A stretch of DNA of 64,000 nucleotides from Acidobacteriota bacterium (GCA_033763255.1 JANRKX010000046.1:166471-230470); one strand, 5' to 3'; counted from the stretch's first letter, positions 29,122 to 41,500 are shown. Notes: generated from the letters alone by a model not told the origin. Made by a program: numbers and translations.

Positions 29122-29365
29122 ATCGCCGCTACGGCGCAAGCCATCATCGGCAACGCGACGGTCGTTCAACCAGCAAACGGAGGCTTCCTGACATTCTGGC
29201 CGAGCGACGCGACGCGCCCGCTGGTAGCAACCTCGAATTACGCAGCGGGATCCATTTTCAACCGCCACTTTACGGTTGGCCATCGGAGCCGATGGAGCCT
29301 TCAAGATGTTTGCACAAACCACGACGCATCTGGTGATTGATGTGTCGGGCTACTTTGCGCCGTAA
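29122..29365 (+). pseudogene. 3' remnant of a surface-protein gene, homologous to the C-terminal repeat of 35582-42328, with a 1-bp insertion
   Basis: IAATAQAIIGNATVVQPANGGFLTFWPSDATRPLVATSNYAAGSIFNRHFTVG, extra C at ~29281, then IGADGAFKMFAQTTTHLVIDVSGYFAP*. Confidence 0.85.
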
Positions 29366-29401
29366 GATCGTTTGTTGAGGGCTACGAACTCAAGGTGCAA
29401 A

Positions 29402-29438
29402 AAAAGCAAAAGGCGCGGTTACGCGCCTTTTGCTTTTT
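29402..29438. terminator. Intrinsic terminator
   Basis: aaaaagcaaaaggcgcg-gtta-cgcgccttttgcttttt. Confidence 0.8.
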
Positions 29439-29468
29439 ATAGCGGTTTGCAGTTGGGGGCGACCGATG

Positions 29469-29580
29469 TTTGGAGTGCGGCGGCTCGACGCCGCTTTTGC
29501 GTTCGGTTGCAAAGCATTGTGGGGAAACTGAGGCGTTTGATTTCGAACGAAAAGCTGCGCCAGGTCACAGCACTCCACAA
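29469..29580. repeat. REP-like pair TTTGGAGTGCGGCG...GCACTCCA (same family as 55853-55963)
   Basis: tttggagtgcggcggctcgacgccgctttt ... aaaagctgcgccaggtcacagcactcca. Confidence 0.75.
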
Positions 29581-29786
29581 GGTCGCACGCATCTGAAATT
29601 CGCAATAAGTGCCCATCTTAGAAGCTCCTCAGTAAATTGGTATTCAAGCCAACAAACTCAAAAATTTTCTTGCCTGTGGGAAACTGGCGAACAACCTGCT
29701 TCCGTAAGGTCACATCAGAAGCGGCGCAATGAGGTTGATGAATGAAAAAGCCGCTTAGAGCTTTTTACTAGCAAGAGGAGGAGACA

Positions 29787-30335
29787 ATGAAAATGAAAAA
29801 GATATTTGCAACAGCGTTTTTGGCTTTGATGGTTGGGATGATTGGTGTTTCGCCGGTGGCGGCGAAAACAGTGGACGAAGCTGCCCAGTATGACAAGACG
29901 ATCAAAAAGATTCGCAAAGAACTGGTCACGCTTCCGTTTTACAGCGTGTTTGACAATCTGAGTTTCAAGTTCGAAGACGGCAAGGTCACACTTTTCGGTC
30001 AGGTGTCACGCCCGTCGCTGAGAGGCGATGCCAAGCGTGTGGTGGCAAAGGTCACAGGGGTTGAAGAGGTGGAAAACAAGATAGAAGTGCTGCCTTTGTC
30101 GAACTTCGACGATCGGATTCGGCTGGCGACTTTCCGGGCAATTTATCGCCAGCCGGGTCTTGATCGCTTGAGTCTGCAAGCCGTTCCGCCGATTCACATC
30201 ATCGTCAAAAACGGTAATGTGACTTTGGAAGGCGTTGTGCTGAGCAAGAGTGATGCGACGCGCGCCTTCATCGCGGCCAACGGAGTGTTTGGTGTCTTTT
30301 CCGTCACCAACAATCTCCGAGTGGAAAAGGATTAG
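29787..30335 (+). CDS. Periplasmic protein with two BON domains
   Basis: Signal peptide; GKVTLFGQV...VTGVEEVENKIEV; IIVKNGNVTLEGVV...GVFSVTNNLRV. Confidence 0.92.
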   Translation: MKMKKIFATAFLALMVGMIGVSPVAAKTVDEAAQYDKTIKKIRKELVTLPFYSVFDNLSFKFEDGKVTLFGQVSRPSLRGDAKRVVAKVTGVEEVENKIEVLPLSNFDDRIRLATFRAIYRQPGLDRLSLQAVPPIHIIVKNGNVTLEGVVLSKSDATRAFIAANGVFGVFSVTNNLRVEKD

Positions 30336-30402
30336 TTTTTCTCCTGTGTTTCGTGTGTAGTGGTTCCTACTTCGTAGTTCCTTCCGAGGGGTGAGGTTAA
30401 AA

Positions 30403-30435
30403 GGGCTGATGAGCAATCATCAGCCCAATTTTTTT
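30403..30435 (+). terminator. Intrinsic terminator
   Basis: gggctgatga-gcaa-tcatcagccc followed by a T run. Confidence 0.85.
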
Positions 30436-30676
30436 GCCCGGTCATTACCAGAAAATTGACTGGCGAAATCCTGCCGCGCTAGACTCCGCGCCGTACCACA
30501 CTACCAACCGGCATCAATCGAATTTCAATCAACGACAGCCGCCCAAATCGAGGGCGAAGGTGTAATCGTCAGTTACCTGCTCTGGCGATTAGACTGCTGC
30601 GACAATTCAAAAACATGGCATCTCCCTTAGCCACCCCAGGAGCTTGCTTTCAAAACTCAGCTTGGAGGTTCTACTC

Positions 30677-33562
30677 ATGCTCACCGTATTTTTCGGTCAG
30701 GTCATTCGTCTGCGTGTTTTTGGGTTCCTGTCTCTTGCGACAGCCCTGCTGGCCTGGAGCTATGTTGCGTCGTCATCGCGTGCTGCGGTTTCGCCGGATG
30801 TGGTAATCAGTCAGGTGTATGGAGCAGGCGGCAACAGCGGCGCGACCTTTCAAAACGATTTCATTGAATTATTCAATCGCGGCAATACGACAGTGGATTT
30901 GACCGGCTGGGCTGTGCAGTACGCTTCGGCGACGGGAACGACCTGGTCGAAAACCGATCTGAGCGGAATGCTGGCGCCCGGCAAATACTTGCTGGTTCAA
31001 CAAGCGGGCGGAGCCAACGGTTCACCACTGCCGACGCCGGACATTACGGGGACAATTGCGATGGCGGCGACCGCCGGAAAGGTCGTGCTGACCAACACCA
31101 ACACGCTGATTGCCAGCGGCACAAGCTGTCCGGCGGGAGCGACCATCGTGGATATTCTGGGTTACGGCACGACGGCGAATTGTTTTGAAGGTTCCGGGCC
31201 AACTGGAAATTTGAGCGCAACGGCTGCGGCGGTGCGTGCGATGAATGGTTGCACGGAAACCGATAACAACGCTTCGGATTTTTCCGTTTCCGCGCCGAAT
31301 CCTCGCAACAATGCTTTGCCTGCCGCCATCTGCGGAGCGCCGACAAACCCAACCGGATTGGGAGCGGCTAGCCCTAATCCAGTCGTTATCGGCAATGCTG
31401 TTTTGTTGACCGTCACCGTGACGCCGGGAACGAATCCGACAAGTACAGGTTTGACCGTTACCGCCGACATCAGTTCCATCGGCGGAGCCGCGTCGCAACT
31501 GTTTTATGACAATGGCCAAAACGGAGATGTGACGCCGAACGACAACGTGTTTTCGTTTCAGCCGTTGGTCGAGGCGATGACTTCGCCAGGCGCGAAAATG
31601 ATTCCGGTCGTGGTTGCCGACGCGCAATCGCGTAGCAGCAATTTGACGATCAATTTGACCGTGCAGACTCCTGCGCCGCCGGGCAATGTGGTCATCAGTC
31701 AGGTTTACGGCGGAGGCGGTAACAGCGGAGCGCCCTTCACGCACGATTTCATTGAACTATTTAACCGCAGCGCAGCGCCTGTGAATTTGAACGGCTGGTC
31801 TGTGCAATATGGTTCCGGCAGCGGTTCGACTTGGTCGAAAACCGACCTGACGGGAATGCTCGCTCCGGGACAATACTTTTTGATTCAGCAGGCTTCAGGC
31901 GGAGCGAACGGCGTTGCTTTGCCAACGCCGGATGTGATTGGAACGATTTCGATGGCGGCGACTTCCGGCAAAGTCGCGTTGGTCAACAACACTACATTGC
32001 TCAGCGGAACTTGTCCGCTGGGACCAAACACGATTGATTTTGTCGGGTACGGCAGCGGTGTGAATTGTGTGGAAGGCTCTGGAGCGGCTCCGGCTCCCAG
32101 TGGCACAATTTCGATTTTTCGCGTTGGGCAAGGTTGTGGCGACACGAATCAAAACGCGCTGAATTTTGTGACTGGAATGCCTGCGCCGCGAAATACGGCT
32201 TCGCCGCTGGGCGATTGCAGCGGAGGCGCGTTGTTCAATCAAGCAAGCGTGTCGCTGAAAATTACAGACGCGGCGATGTGCAGCGGAGCAGGGAATGTCG
32301 TCACCATCGAAGCCAGTTTGAAAAATGTCGGCAATCGCGCACAAACCGACAATCCCGGCTCGGAATTTGTCGCCTTGCTTCCGGCGAACTTATTGGCGGT
32401 GGCGAACAGTTGCTCGGCGACTTCGGGCAATTGCGCGATCAACGGTTCGCAAATCGAATGGAACGGAGCCGTCGCCATCAACGAAACCATCACGATTCGA
32501 TTTGATGCTCAGATCAAAGACGGCACGGCGCAAGGCAGCCAGCTTTGCGTTAATTCCACAGTCAATTTCGATTCCGACAACGACGGCATCAACAATGCTA
32601 CGGTCAATTCGCAAACGTGTTTGCTGGCCAACTGTCCGGCGGTTGGCCCCGGCTTGGCGATTCCGGCGGCTTCGGAATCCAGCGATCAGAAAGCCGGTTC
32701 GGTGTTGGTTTTCCCGATTTACAGTTCCATAGGAACCAGTCAGACGCGCGAAAACACGCGGTTCAATCTGACCAACATCGAACCCACGCGGCGAATCGCT
32801 GTGCATTTATTTTTTGTTCAGGACGATTCGGCTTCGGTGGCGGATGCTTACGTGTGTTTGACGCCGAACCAAACGACCAGCTTTTTGGCCGCCGATCTCG
32901 ACCCGGATGTTGCCGGATATTTGATCGCCATTGCTGTTGATGAGCGAACCGGCTGCCCGATCAATTTCAACTTTTTGATCGGCGATGAATTCGTAAAACT
33001 CAATTCCGGTCACGCGGCGAATTTGGCGGCGATAGCATTTTCGGCTCTGACCGGAGCGGCTCCGGCTTGCGACAACGTTTCAGTGACGGCGGAAGTGCGG
33101 TTTGACGGCGTCAGTTACAACGCTGCGCCGCGAGTGTTGGCTGTTGACAGCATTGCCAGTGCTGTGGATGGAAATTCGACCTTGCTGGTGGTGGATCGCA
33201 TTGGAGGAAATCTGGGAACGGGTGTCAGCACGGTTGGCCAGCTTTTCGGGATTTTGTACGACGACGCTGAGCACGCTTACAGCTTTGAACGAAGCACAAC
33301 TCGGCGGCAGTTTCGAGCGATTTTATCCAGCAACGATTTTCCGCGAACAGTGCCACGCTTCACCACTGTGATTCCTGCTGGACGAACCGGCTGGATGAAA
33401 TTTTGGCGCGACGACGATGGCGGCATTGTCGGCGCGGCGATCAATTTCAACCCGAATACGCTGGCCAGCAGTTCCGCTTTCAACCAGGGACACAATCTGC
33501 ACCATCTGACTTTGACGACAAACTCGATTTTCATCGTTCCCGTCTTCCCGCCCGGCTGCTAA
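30677..33562 (+). CDS. Secreted protein: two lamin-tail domains, a DUF11-like Ig domain and a conserved ~300-aa C-terminal domain
   Basis: Twice VVISQVYGxGGNSGA...DFIELFNR; C-terminal SDQKAGSVL...FNQGHNLHHLTL...PPGC shared with 47170-52758; start uncertain. Confidence 0.85.
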   Translation: MLTVFFGQVIRLRVFGFLSLATALLAWSYVASSSRAAVSPDVVISQVYGAGGNSGATFQNDFIELFNRGNTTVDLTGWAVQYASATGTTWSKTDLSGMLAPGKYLLVQQAGGANGSPLPTPDITGTIAMAATAGKVVLTNTNTLIASGTSCPAGATIVDILGYGTTANCFEGSGPTGNLSATAAAVRAMNGCTETDNNASDFSVSAPNPRNNALPAAICGAPTNPTGLGAASPNPVVIGNAVLLTVTVTPGTNPTSTGLTVTADISSIGGAASQLFYDNGQNGDVTPNDNVFSFQPLVEAMTSPGAKMIPVVVADAQSRSSNLTINLTVQTPAPPGNVVISQVYGGGGNSGAPFTHDFIELFNRSAAPVNLNGWSVQYGSGSGSTWSKTDLTGMLAPGQYFLIQQASGGANGVALPTPDVIGTISMAATSGKVALVNNTTLLSGTCPLGPNTIDFVGYGSGVNCVEGSGAAPAPSGTISIFRVGQGCGDTNQNALNFVTGMPAPRNTASPLGDCSGGALFNQASVSLKITDAAMCSGAGNVVTIEASLKNVGNRAQTDNPGSEFVALLPANLLAVANSCSATSGNCAINGSQIEWNGAVAINETITIRFDAQIKDGTAQGSQLCVNSTVNFDSDNDGINNATVNSQTCLLANCPAVGPGLAIPAASESSDQKAGSVLVFPIYSSIGTSQTRENTRFNLTNIEPTRRIAVHLFFVQDDSASVADAYVCLTPNQTTSFLAADLDPDVAGYLIAIAVDERTGCPINFNFLIGDEFVKLNSGHAANLAAIAFSALTGAAPACDNVSVTAEVRFDGVSYNAAPRVLAVDSIASAVDGNSTLLVVDRIGGNLGTGVSTVGQLFGILYDDAEHAYSFERSTTRRQFRAILSSNDFPRTVPRFTTVIPAGRTGWMKFWRDDDGGIVGAAINFNPNTLASSSAFNQGHNLHHLTLTTNSIFIVPVFPPGC

Positions 33563-33565
33563 AAC

Positions 33566-33603
33566 GACGAAAGGGTGAAGGAACGTTCCTTCACCCTTTC
33601 GTC
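33566..33603. terminator. Hairpin between convergent genes (probable terminator)
   Basis: Perfect palindrome gacgaaagggtgaaggaacgttccttcaccctttcgtc. Confidence 0.75.
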
Positions 33604-33629
33604 TTATCTCCCAATCCCGGCGTCTTTCG

Positions 33630-34568
33630 TTACGCTTCATCTTCGTTCTTCTGCGTTTGCGTCAGTTGCTGCTGGCGCATTGCGGCTCCGCCGATGAAAC
33701 CGCCCATTCCCATAGATTCAACGGCGGTGCTGGGGACGATCATCATCGCGCCTTTTTCCTTCAAACCTTCGTACAGCATATTCATTGCTCGTAAGTGCAA
33801 AGCCGTCGGGTTGTTCTCGTACGATTTGGCGGCTTCCATGAATTTGTTGGCGATTTCGACTTCGGCTTCGCCCAGAATGATGCGCGCTTTTTTCTCGCGC
33901 GCGGCCTGAGCTTCGCGGGACATCGCATCTTGCAAAGCGTCCGGGATGATGATTTCGCGGATTTCGACTGATTGAACCGTTACGCCCCAGGGATTGGTTC
34001 GGTCGTCAATGATGTGCTGCAATTCTTCTTCGATCTTTTCGCGGCCACGCAGCAAATCGGTCAGCGAAGTTTTTCCGATTACATCGCGCAACGCGGTTTG
34101 AGCCGCCAGGCTGACAGCCAGTTTGTAATCCTGAACTTCCAGCGCGGCGCGTTCGGCGTCGTAAACCATCCAGAACATGATTGCATCCACATTGACTGGA
34201 ACCGTGTCCGAAGTCAGGGTGCTTTCCGCCGCAAAATCCGTGGCGATGATTCGTTGATCCACGTAAGCCGTGACGGAATCCACAAACGGAATAACCCAAA
34301 ACAATCCAGGCCCGCGCAAGCCTATGTATCGCCCCAAACGCAGCACAACCGCGCGTTCCCATTGTTTGGCGATTCTGGGAGCCAGCGAAGCCACCAGACC
34401 CAGCAGAGTACCTGCGATGGCTCCGATTGGATTCAGCGTCAAAACCGTCAAGCCAAGCCCAAGTAAAAATGGAGCAGTGAACATCGCTGCCGACACGATA
34501 TTCGCTCGTGGAGCGTTGACGGCGGGCGTAGCAGGTTTGGTTTTGGTCAACGAGGTGAAATCAGGCAT
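33630..34568 (-). CDS. SPFH/stomatin (slipin) family membrane protein
   Basis: WERAVVLRLGR, GPGLFWVIPFVD, AQTALRDVIG, WGVTVQSVEIR, AMSREAQAARE. Confidence 0.93.
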   Translation of the reverse strand: MPDFTSLTKTKPATPAVNAPRANIVSAAMFTAPFLLGLGLTVLTLNPIGAIAGTLLGLVASLAPRIAKQWERAVVLRLGRYIGLRGPGLFWVIPFVDSVTAYVDQRIIATDFAAESTLTSDTVPVNVDAIMFWMVYDAERAALEVQDYKLAVSLAAQTALRDVIGKTSLTDLLRGREKIEEELQHIIDDRTNPWGVTVQSVEIREIIIPDALQDAMSREAQAAREKKARIILGEAEVEIANKFMEAAKSYENNPTALHLRAMNMLYEGLKEKGAMMIVPSTAVESMGMGGFIGGAAMRQQQLTQTQKNEDEA

Positions 34569-34586
34569 GTTTGATCTCCTTTGCCG

Positions 34587-35000
34587 TCACCGCCGTTGGG
34601 CGGCAGCGGACTTGTCATCGAGCTTGGTCTCAAGCTCTTCAATAACTTCTTCCAGTGGAATTCCAAGCGAATGCGCTTCGACCAGAATACGATTGCCGAA
34701 TTCCCGCAATTCCCGTTCGCGGTCGCTCCGCATCACGCGCATAGCCGTCACAGTTTGTTCGGCTCGGACAAAAGTTCCGATTCCTCGCCGTGTCTCCAAA
34801 ATCCCTGTGCGTTCCAACTCGGCATACACTTTGGCCACTGTGTTGGCGTTGATCTTCAAATCAACTGCCAACTGCCTAACCGTCGGCAATTGCTCGCCTA
34901 AGCGCAATTTGTTGGTGGCGATGGCAAAGCGAATCGCCCGCTCAAGCTGCGCGTAAATCGGAGTCGGATCGTCAAAATTGATGATAAATCGTTCTTCCAT
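34587..35000 (-). CDS. GntR-family regulator (YtrA subfamily)
   Basis: PIYAQL, LPTVRQLAVDLKINANTVAKVY, RRGIGTFV; short C-terminal helix. Confidence 0.93.
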   Translation of the reverse strand: MEERFIINFDDPTPIYAQLERAIRFAIATNKLRLGEQLPTVRQLAVDLKINANTVAKVYAELERTGILETRRGIGTFVRAEQTVTAMRVMRSDRERELREFGNRILVEAHSLGIPLEEVIEELETKLDDKSAAAQRR

Positions 35001-35049
35001 TTCTTTTTGGTCTGCCGTCCCGGCGTTACATCCGATTCTCCTTGTTTGT

Positions 35050-35079
35050 CACATTGTACTACGACGGTGGTACAATGTG
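35050..35079. promoter_or_regulatory. Putative YtrA-type operator
   Basis: CACATTGTAC-N10-GTACAATGTG, 50 bp upstream of the GntR start. Confidence 0.75.
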
Positions 35080-35581
35080 GGTTTCAGAAAATTTATGACT
35101 GAAAGCTTGGCATAAGCGATCAAAGTCGGCTGAAGGGGAGAAGTCGGGAGAAATGTAGGAGCAAGTCTTAGTATGGTGTCCTCAAAATTGGGGCACTAAA
35201 TTATTTTTGAGCCTTCCCAAAACAAAGTTGCTGGCATATTATCCGTCCGCATTTGGGAGAGCAGTAACCTCCTTCTTATCCGCGAACAAACTTCGAAAAT
35301 TGAATGCAGTAAGCTGAATGGCACTACTTCACAGGAGCTTTTTAGTTTTGTCCGCTTGATTTGCGCTCAAAATTGAAATGTTTTTTTAGTCTGTTCTGCT
35401 TTTGTTTTCTCAATTCTTCACTGCAATTTCTGACGATGTCATATTCAGGTTTAAGCCTGAAAAAGTTTTTGTGTTCGGTCACACAAAATTTCCGCTCCGC
35501 AGGCAATTGACGCGAGTCTTGTGAACGGCAGGTTCGTGGTCTGTCCGCCCCTTACTTTACCTAGACGAAGGAACAAATCTT

Positions 35582-38500
35582 ATGCACACGGCAAACCGAC
35601 ATCCCAAGTTGAGTCTATCTTTGATCGTTAGGCTCCGTCGCTTGGCGCGCATTGTTATGCCTGGCTTGTTGGTGGCTTTCGGGTTGTTCAGTTTTTCGTT
35701 TATCGAAGCCAGGCGCGGAGATGCCGGCGAAGTAAAATCCGTCGAAGCGTTGTCGTCGGTGAGGAGCGCGCCTGCCGCAACCATCACAGTCAACAGTCTG
35801 GCGGATGGCGCTCCTGCCAATAATGGCCAATGCACGCTGCGTGAAGCCATCATCAACGCGAATTCGAACAATCAATCCGGTTCGACGGATTGCACAGCAG
35901 GAATGGCAGGCGCAGACACCATTGTTTTCAATGTGGGAACTGGGACGCCGACCATCAATGTGACTTCCGCTTTGCCGACGATCACCGAACCCGTAACGAT
36001 TCAGGGAAACACGGGCGGAGCGACTCGCGTGGAGTTAAATGGCGCTGGCGCAGGAGCCAGCGTCAATGGCTTGACGATCAGCGCGGGCAACAGCGTCATC
36101 GAACGGCTGGTTATCAATCGGTTCACGGGCGATGGCATTCAAATTACCGGAGCCGGATTCAATACTGTCAAAGGTTGCATACTCGGTTTGGATTCTTCCG
36201 GGACGATTGTGCGCGCCAACAATGTCGGCGTGGCGATTCGTGGTTCTTCGGACAACATCATTGGAAGCATTGCGTTTGCAGATCGCAATACGATTTCGGG
36301 CAATACGACCGACGGGGTTTTGATCGCATCTGTGTCCGTCCCCAATCCGCCGAACCCGCCAACTGTCATCGCGGCTTCACGCAATAAAGTCATCAACAGT
36401 TATATCGGCTCGGACATTACCGGCAGATTTGATGTCGGTAATACAAGCTTTGGAGTGAATATCGCTGGCGGCGATTCGTCCATCATTGGCGGCGCAACCG
36501 AAGACGAGCGCAATATCATTTCCGGCAACAATGGCGGCGGCGTTCGATTGGGAACCACTTCCGCGACAAATAACCGAGTGATCGGAAATTACATCGGCAC
36601 GGATTTCACTGGGGTTTATCCGCTGGGAAATGGGGTTTCGGGCGGCGGGGGGCTGGCTCCCGGAGTGTTGCTCAATGATGCTGTCAATAACTCGATTGGC
36701 GGCACAGCCGACGGGGAATTCAACTTCATCAAATACAACCTGCAAAATGGTGGAGTCGTTCTTTCCGGTTCTAATACGGTTGGAAACAGCATTCTTCGAA
36801 ATTACATCAGTGAAAATGTCGGGAAGGGAATTGATAAAGGATCGGTTCCCGCTGTGCCCAACGCGCCGGCATCGCCAGGGGTTTCTGTTGGAAGCACTAC
36901 CACCACATTTAGCGGGTCGTATTTGGCCGGAGCGAATCAGACTTACCGGTTTGAATTCTTTTTGAACAACCAATGCGATTCAAGCGGCAGCGGTGAGGGA
37001 GAAACCTATCTTGGCACGACGACTGCCACCACGAATATCATCACAGGGATCGCCAATTACAGCCTGACCTTGAATGATTTCGTCGCACCTGCTGGGACTT
37101 TTGTGACTGCGACTGCGACGCTGGTTGTTGCCGGAACGCCAAGAGCCACATCTGAATTTTCCGGCTGTAGCACTGTGCCCGGCAGCGGGCCGAGCAATTG
37201 CACGCCTGCATTTTTGCCGCCTTCCGCGAATTTCCGCCATCCGGGCGGAACGACTTCCATCAGCGTCAAGCTGGCTGGAGGATGTTCGTGGACAGCCAGC
37301 AGTAATCTGACCTGGGTGACGATCCAATCCGGCGCAAGCGGCACGGGGAACGGCACGGTAGTTATCAATGTTTCGCCCAACACCGGATCCCAACGCATTG
37401 GGCAGATAACCATTGCCGGACAAAATTACGGCGTTACGCAGGAAGGTCCCTGCACTGCTTCACTTGATCCGGCGGTGAGAAATTACACCGCTGCTGGCGG
37501 ACCCGGAGTCGTTGAACTCATCACCGGGGCGGGATGCGCCTGGAGCATCACTAATTCCAACCCATGGATCACAATCAATTCGGCGACCAGCGGCACCGGA
37601 CCGACCTTTGTTGAATTTACGGTTGCTGCCTACACCGGCACATCGCTCCGAATCGGCACGGTTTTGATTGGCGGACAAGCCTTTACGGTGCTTCAAGACC
37701 AGCCCTGCGGTGCGACGATCAGCCCGGATGCACAAATCGCTGCGCCCGGCGGCGGAAATTATTCCTCCAATATCACAATCCCGCCGGGCTGCAATTGGAC
37801 TGCAACCACCACAGAAACCTGGATCAATCTGGGAACGACCGGTGGTACAGGAAGCGGTGTGTTGAATTATTCGGTCGCGGCGAATAACGGCATTCAACGT
37901 GCGGGAATCATCACGGTTGCTGGGAAAACGCTGGCCATTTCTCAGGCGAGCAATTGTCAGCCGACCTTTAGCCCGGAAAATCTGACTGTCGGTTCCGGAG
38001 CGGGAAGCCATTCTTTCAATGTGAACATCGGGCCGGGTTGCAACTGGACGCCAACGACATCCATTTCCTGGATCACCATTACATCGGGTTCGGGCACTGG
38101 TAACGGTACGGTAAATTTCACTGTCACATCGAATCCCGGCATTCAGCGAATCGGCACGATTACTGTTGCGGGGTTGAATTACACGATCATACAAGATGGC
38201 GCTTGCAGTTATTCCTTGTCTGAAACCGTCAAACAGTTTCAAGTGCAAGGCGGAACCGCAACTGTAAACGTCACGGCTCCGAATGGATGCAGTTGGATGT
38301 CGTCAACCAACACTCCCTGGATTGTCATTACTTCGGGTTCGGGCACCGGCAATGGAACGGTCAATTACGTTGTTGCGACCAATGGCAGCGGATCATTGAG
38401 AACCGGAACGATGAACGTCGCCGGAGTGAATTACATCGTTCAGCAGGACGGCGGTTGCACTTACACCGTATCGCCGCTGACGCAAGCGGCTCCGGCTGGC

Positions 38501-41500
38501 GGCGGAGCATTCACCACGTCAGTTACGACATCCAGCGGATGCCCGTGGACGGCATCAAGCAATGTTTCCTGGATCACCATCACATCCAGCCTCGCTCCTA
38601 ATCCTGATGAACGGTCTTCAATTGGCCACAATCCCGCCATCAAAAATGGAACTGCCGGAACGGGAAATGGCACGGTTGGATATTCTGTCGCGGCCAACAC
38701 CGGGCCGCCGCGCACCGGAACGATTTTCGCGGCAGGGGAACTGGTCACCATCAATCAGGCTTCGGGATGCCCGATCACTGTTTCTCCGGCCAACCTGACT
38801 GCTGGAACGCTTGGAGCGAATTACAGCCAAACGCTTTCGCAAACCGGCGGCAGCGGTTCGATTACGTGGTCGGTTTCCAGCGGATCAGCACCTCCGGGAT
38901 TGATGTTGAATCCAACCAGCGGTCTGTTGTCAGGAATTCCAACGGTTCCGGGCACTTTTATGTTTACTGCCAGAGCTACGGATTCCACAGGCTGTTATGG
39001 CGAAATGCCGTATGCGTTGGTTATCAATTGCCAACCGCTGAACATCACGACCGCGTCGGTTGCCAACGGAATTGCCGGATCGTCGTATAGCCAGACGATT
39101 GCGCTGTCCGGCGGCAACGGGCAAACCGATTGGACGATTTCTGCCGGGGCATTGCCCAGCGGATTGAGTTTGCATCCGACTTCCGGTGTGATTTCCGGCG
39201 CTCCTCATGTGACGGGGGCGTTTAACTTCACGGTCAAGGCCACAGTCAATTCCACCGGATGCTTTACGACCCGATCTTATTCAATGTCGGTTGGTTGCCA
39301 GACGATCACCATAAATGAAACTTTGCTTGGCCAAGCGACGGTTGGAGTCAATTACAACCAGACGCTGACGCAATCCAATGGCATCGGCTCCATTAACTGG
39401 AGTATCACCGCCGGATCGTTGCCATCGCCCTTGGCACTTTCGTTGGGTGGTGTGATTTCCGGGATTCCGGCTGCGGCTGGCAGTTTCCCGGTCACGTTCA
39501 GAGCGACCGATGCCAACGGCTGTTTTGGCGAAAAGAGCTTTAATCTGACAATTGGCTGCACGCCTTTCAACATAACTCCGGCGTCGTTGCCGGCAGCGAA
39601 TTACAACGTCGGTTACAGCCAGCAGCTTTCGCAAACCGGCGCATCAGGGGCTGTCATTTGGTCACTGGCTAGTGGGTCTTTGCCAACGAACCTGACGCTG
39701 TCACCGGGCGGACTGATTTCCGGCACGCCGAACGTTCCGGGCAGTTTCCCGATTACGGTCAGAGCCACCGAACAAACCACCGGTTGCTTCACGGACAAAG
39801 CCTACACTTTGACGGTCAATTGCCCGACAATCAGCGTGACGCCTACGACGCTTAATGTCGGAACCTTCGGCGTCAATTACAACCAGCAACTTTCGCAAAC
39901 CGGCGGAGTAGGTGGAATCACATGGAGCGTCAGCGCAGGAAGCCTGCCTGCGAATTTAACTTTGAATTCGTCAGGATTGTTGTCGGGCCCGCCGTCTGTG
40001 GTGGGCACGTTCAACTTCACGGCCAAAGCCACCGATGCCAACGGTTGTTTTGGCGAACGGGCTTATCAATTGGTCATTGGCTGCCAATCGCTGGGGATCA
40101 CTCCAACGTCGTTGAGTCCGATTCAAATCGCAACGCCTTTTTCCCAGCAACTGACATTGACGGGCGGCAGCGGAACTACCAACTGGACGATTTCCGCCGG
40201 AGCTTTGCCCAGCGGCATCACGTTGAATCCGGCCAGCGGATTACTGTCCGGCCAGGCGAACGTGTCCGGCACATTCAACTTCACTGCGCGAGCAACGTTG
40301 CAAACGACAGGTTGTTTCGCCGAGCAGGCATACAGCCTGGTCGTCAATTGCGCGACGATCAACATCACTCCGACGACGCTGAATCCCGGAAATATGGGAG
40401 TTCAGTACAGCCAGCAACTTTCACAAACCGGAGGCGTTGGCGGAATTATTTGGACTTTGAGTTCGGGAACATTGCCGAACAACATCAACTTGTCGGCAGG
40501 CGGGCTGTTGGCGGGAACGCCTGTGATGTCCGGCAGTTATTCATTCACCGTTCGCGGCACAGACGGCAACGGCTGTTTCGGCGAACGAAGTTACACGCTG
40601 GTCATCAATACCTGCCCAGTCATTACGATTATGCCGAACGCGCTTCTCAACGGCGCGATTGGAGCAAATTACAATCAAACGCTGACGGCATCGGGCGGCG
40701 CTGGCGGTTATAGTTTTTCGGCCAGCGGCACTTTGCCGACCGGAATGACGCTTTCACCGAGCGGTTTGTTGTCAGGCATTCCCGGCCAGGTTGGGCCATT
40801 CAACATCATTGTGACTGTGACAGACCAAAACGGTTGCACGGGATCACAAGCGTATACGCTGTTCATTTGCTCAACCATCACCGTCAATCCTGCCTTGCTC
40901 CCCAGCGGAATCGTCGGCACGAATTACAGCCAGAATCTGAACGCAGTTGGCGGAAGTTTCCCCCACACGTTTAATTTCACCGGCACATTGCCGAACGGAT
41001 TGACGCTGGACAATGCCGGTCTTTTGTCTGGTATTCCAATCCAGCCAGGAACATTCAACTTCGCCGTCACGGCCACCGATACAAATTCCTGCACCGGGAC
41101 ACGCAATTACACTGTGATTATCAGCGGAACCGGATTGATGTTTTATCCGCTGCCGCGTCCGATTCGGCTGTTGGATACGCGGGCAGGGCAAACAGGTTGC
41201 GACGCGCCGGGCGCTCCGATTGCGAGCGGAACTTCGCGGCTGCAAACGGCTGCGGGGCGTACGTGCGATGGCATCACGATTCCGGCTACGGCGCGAGCCT
41301 TGACCGGAAACATCACGACTGTGCAATCCGGCGGCGGTTTCCTGACGCTGTATCCCAGCGATGCGACTCAACCGACGGTGGCCAATTCCAACTATCTGCC
41401 GAACCAGATTCTCAACAACGTGTTCACGGTCGGACTGGGCGCGGGCGACGGCGCATTCAAGATTTTCGTTACGTCCAACACCGAGGTCGTGGTGGATGTG

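Noticed and set aside
28342-29322. 326-aa ORF as an intact gene
   Set aside because: Its first ~67 residues are the antisense of the surface-protein remnant; the phosphatase N-terminal catalytic half is absent.
29679-29707. GGAAAC-N18-CGTAA possible ECF promoter before the BON gene
   Set aside because: Single instance with longer than usual spacing; cannot be supported from this window.
35080-35581. Long AT-rich intergenic region as a riboswitch or sRNA
   Set aside because: No Rfam-like motif recognised by eye; an Infernal search would be needed.
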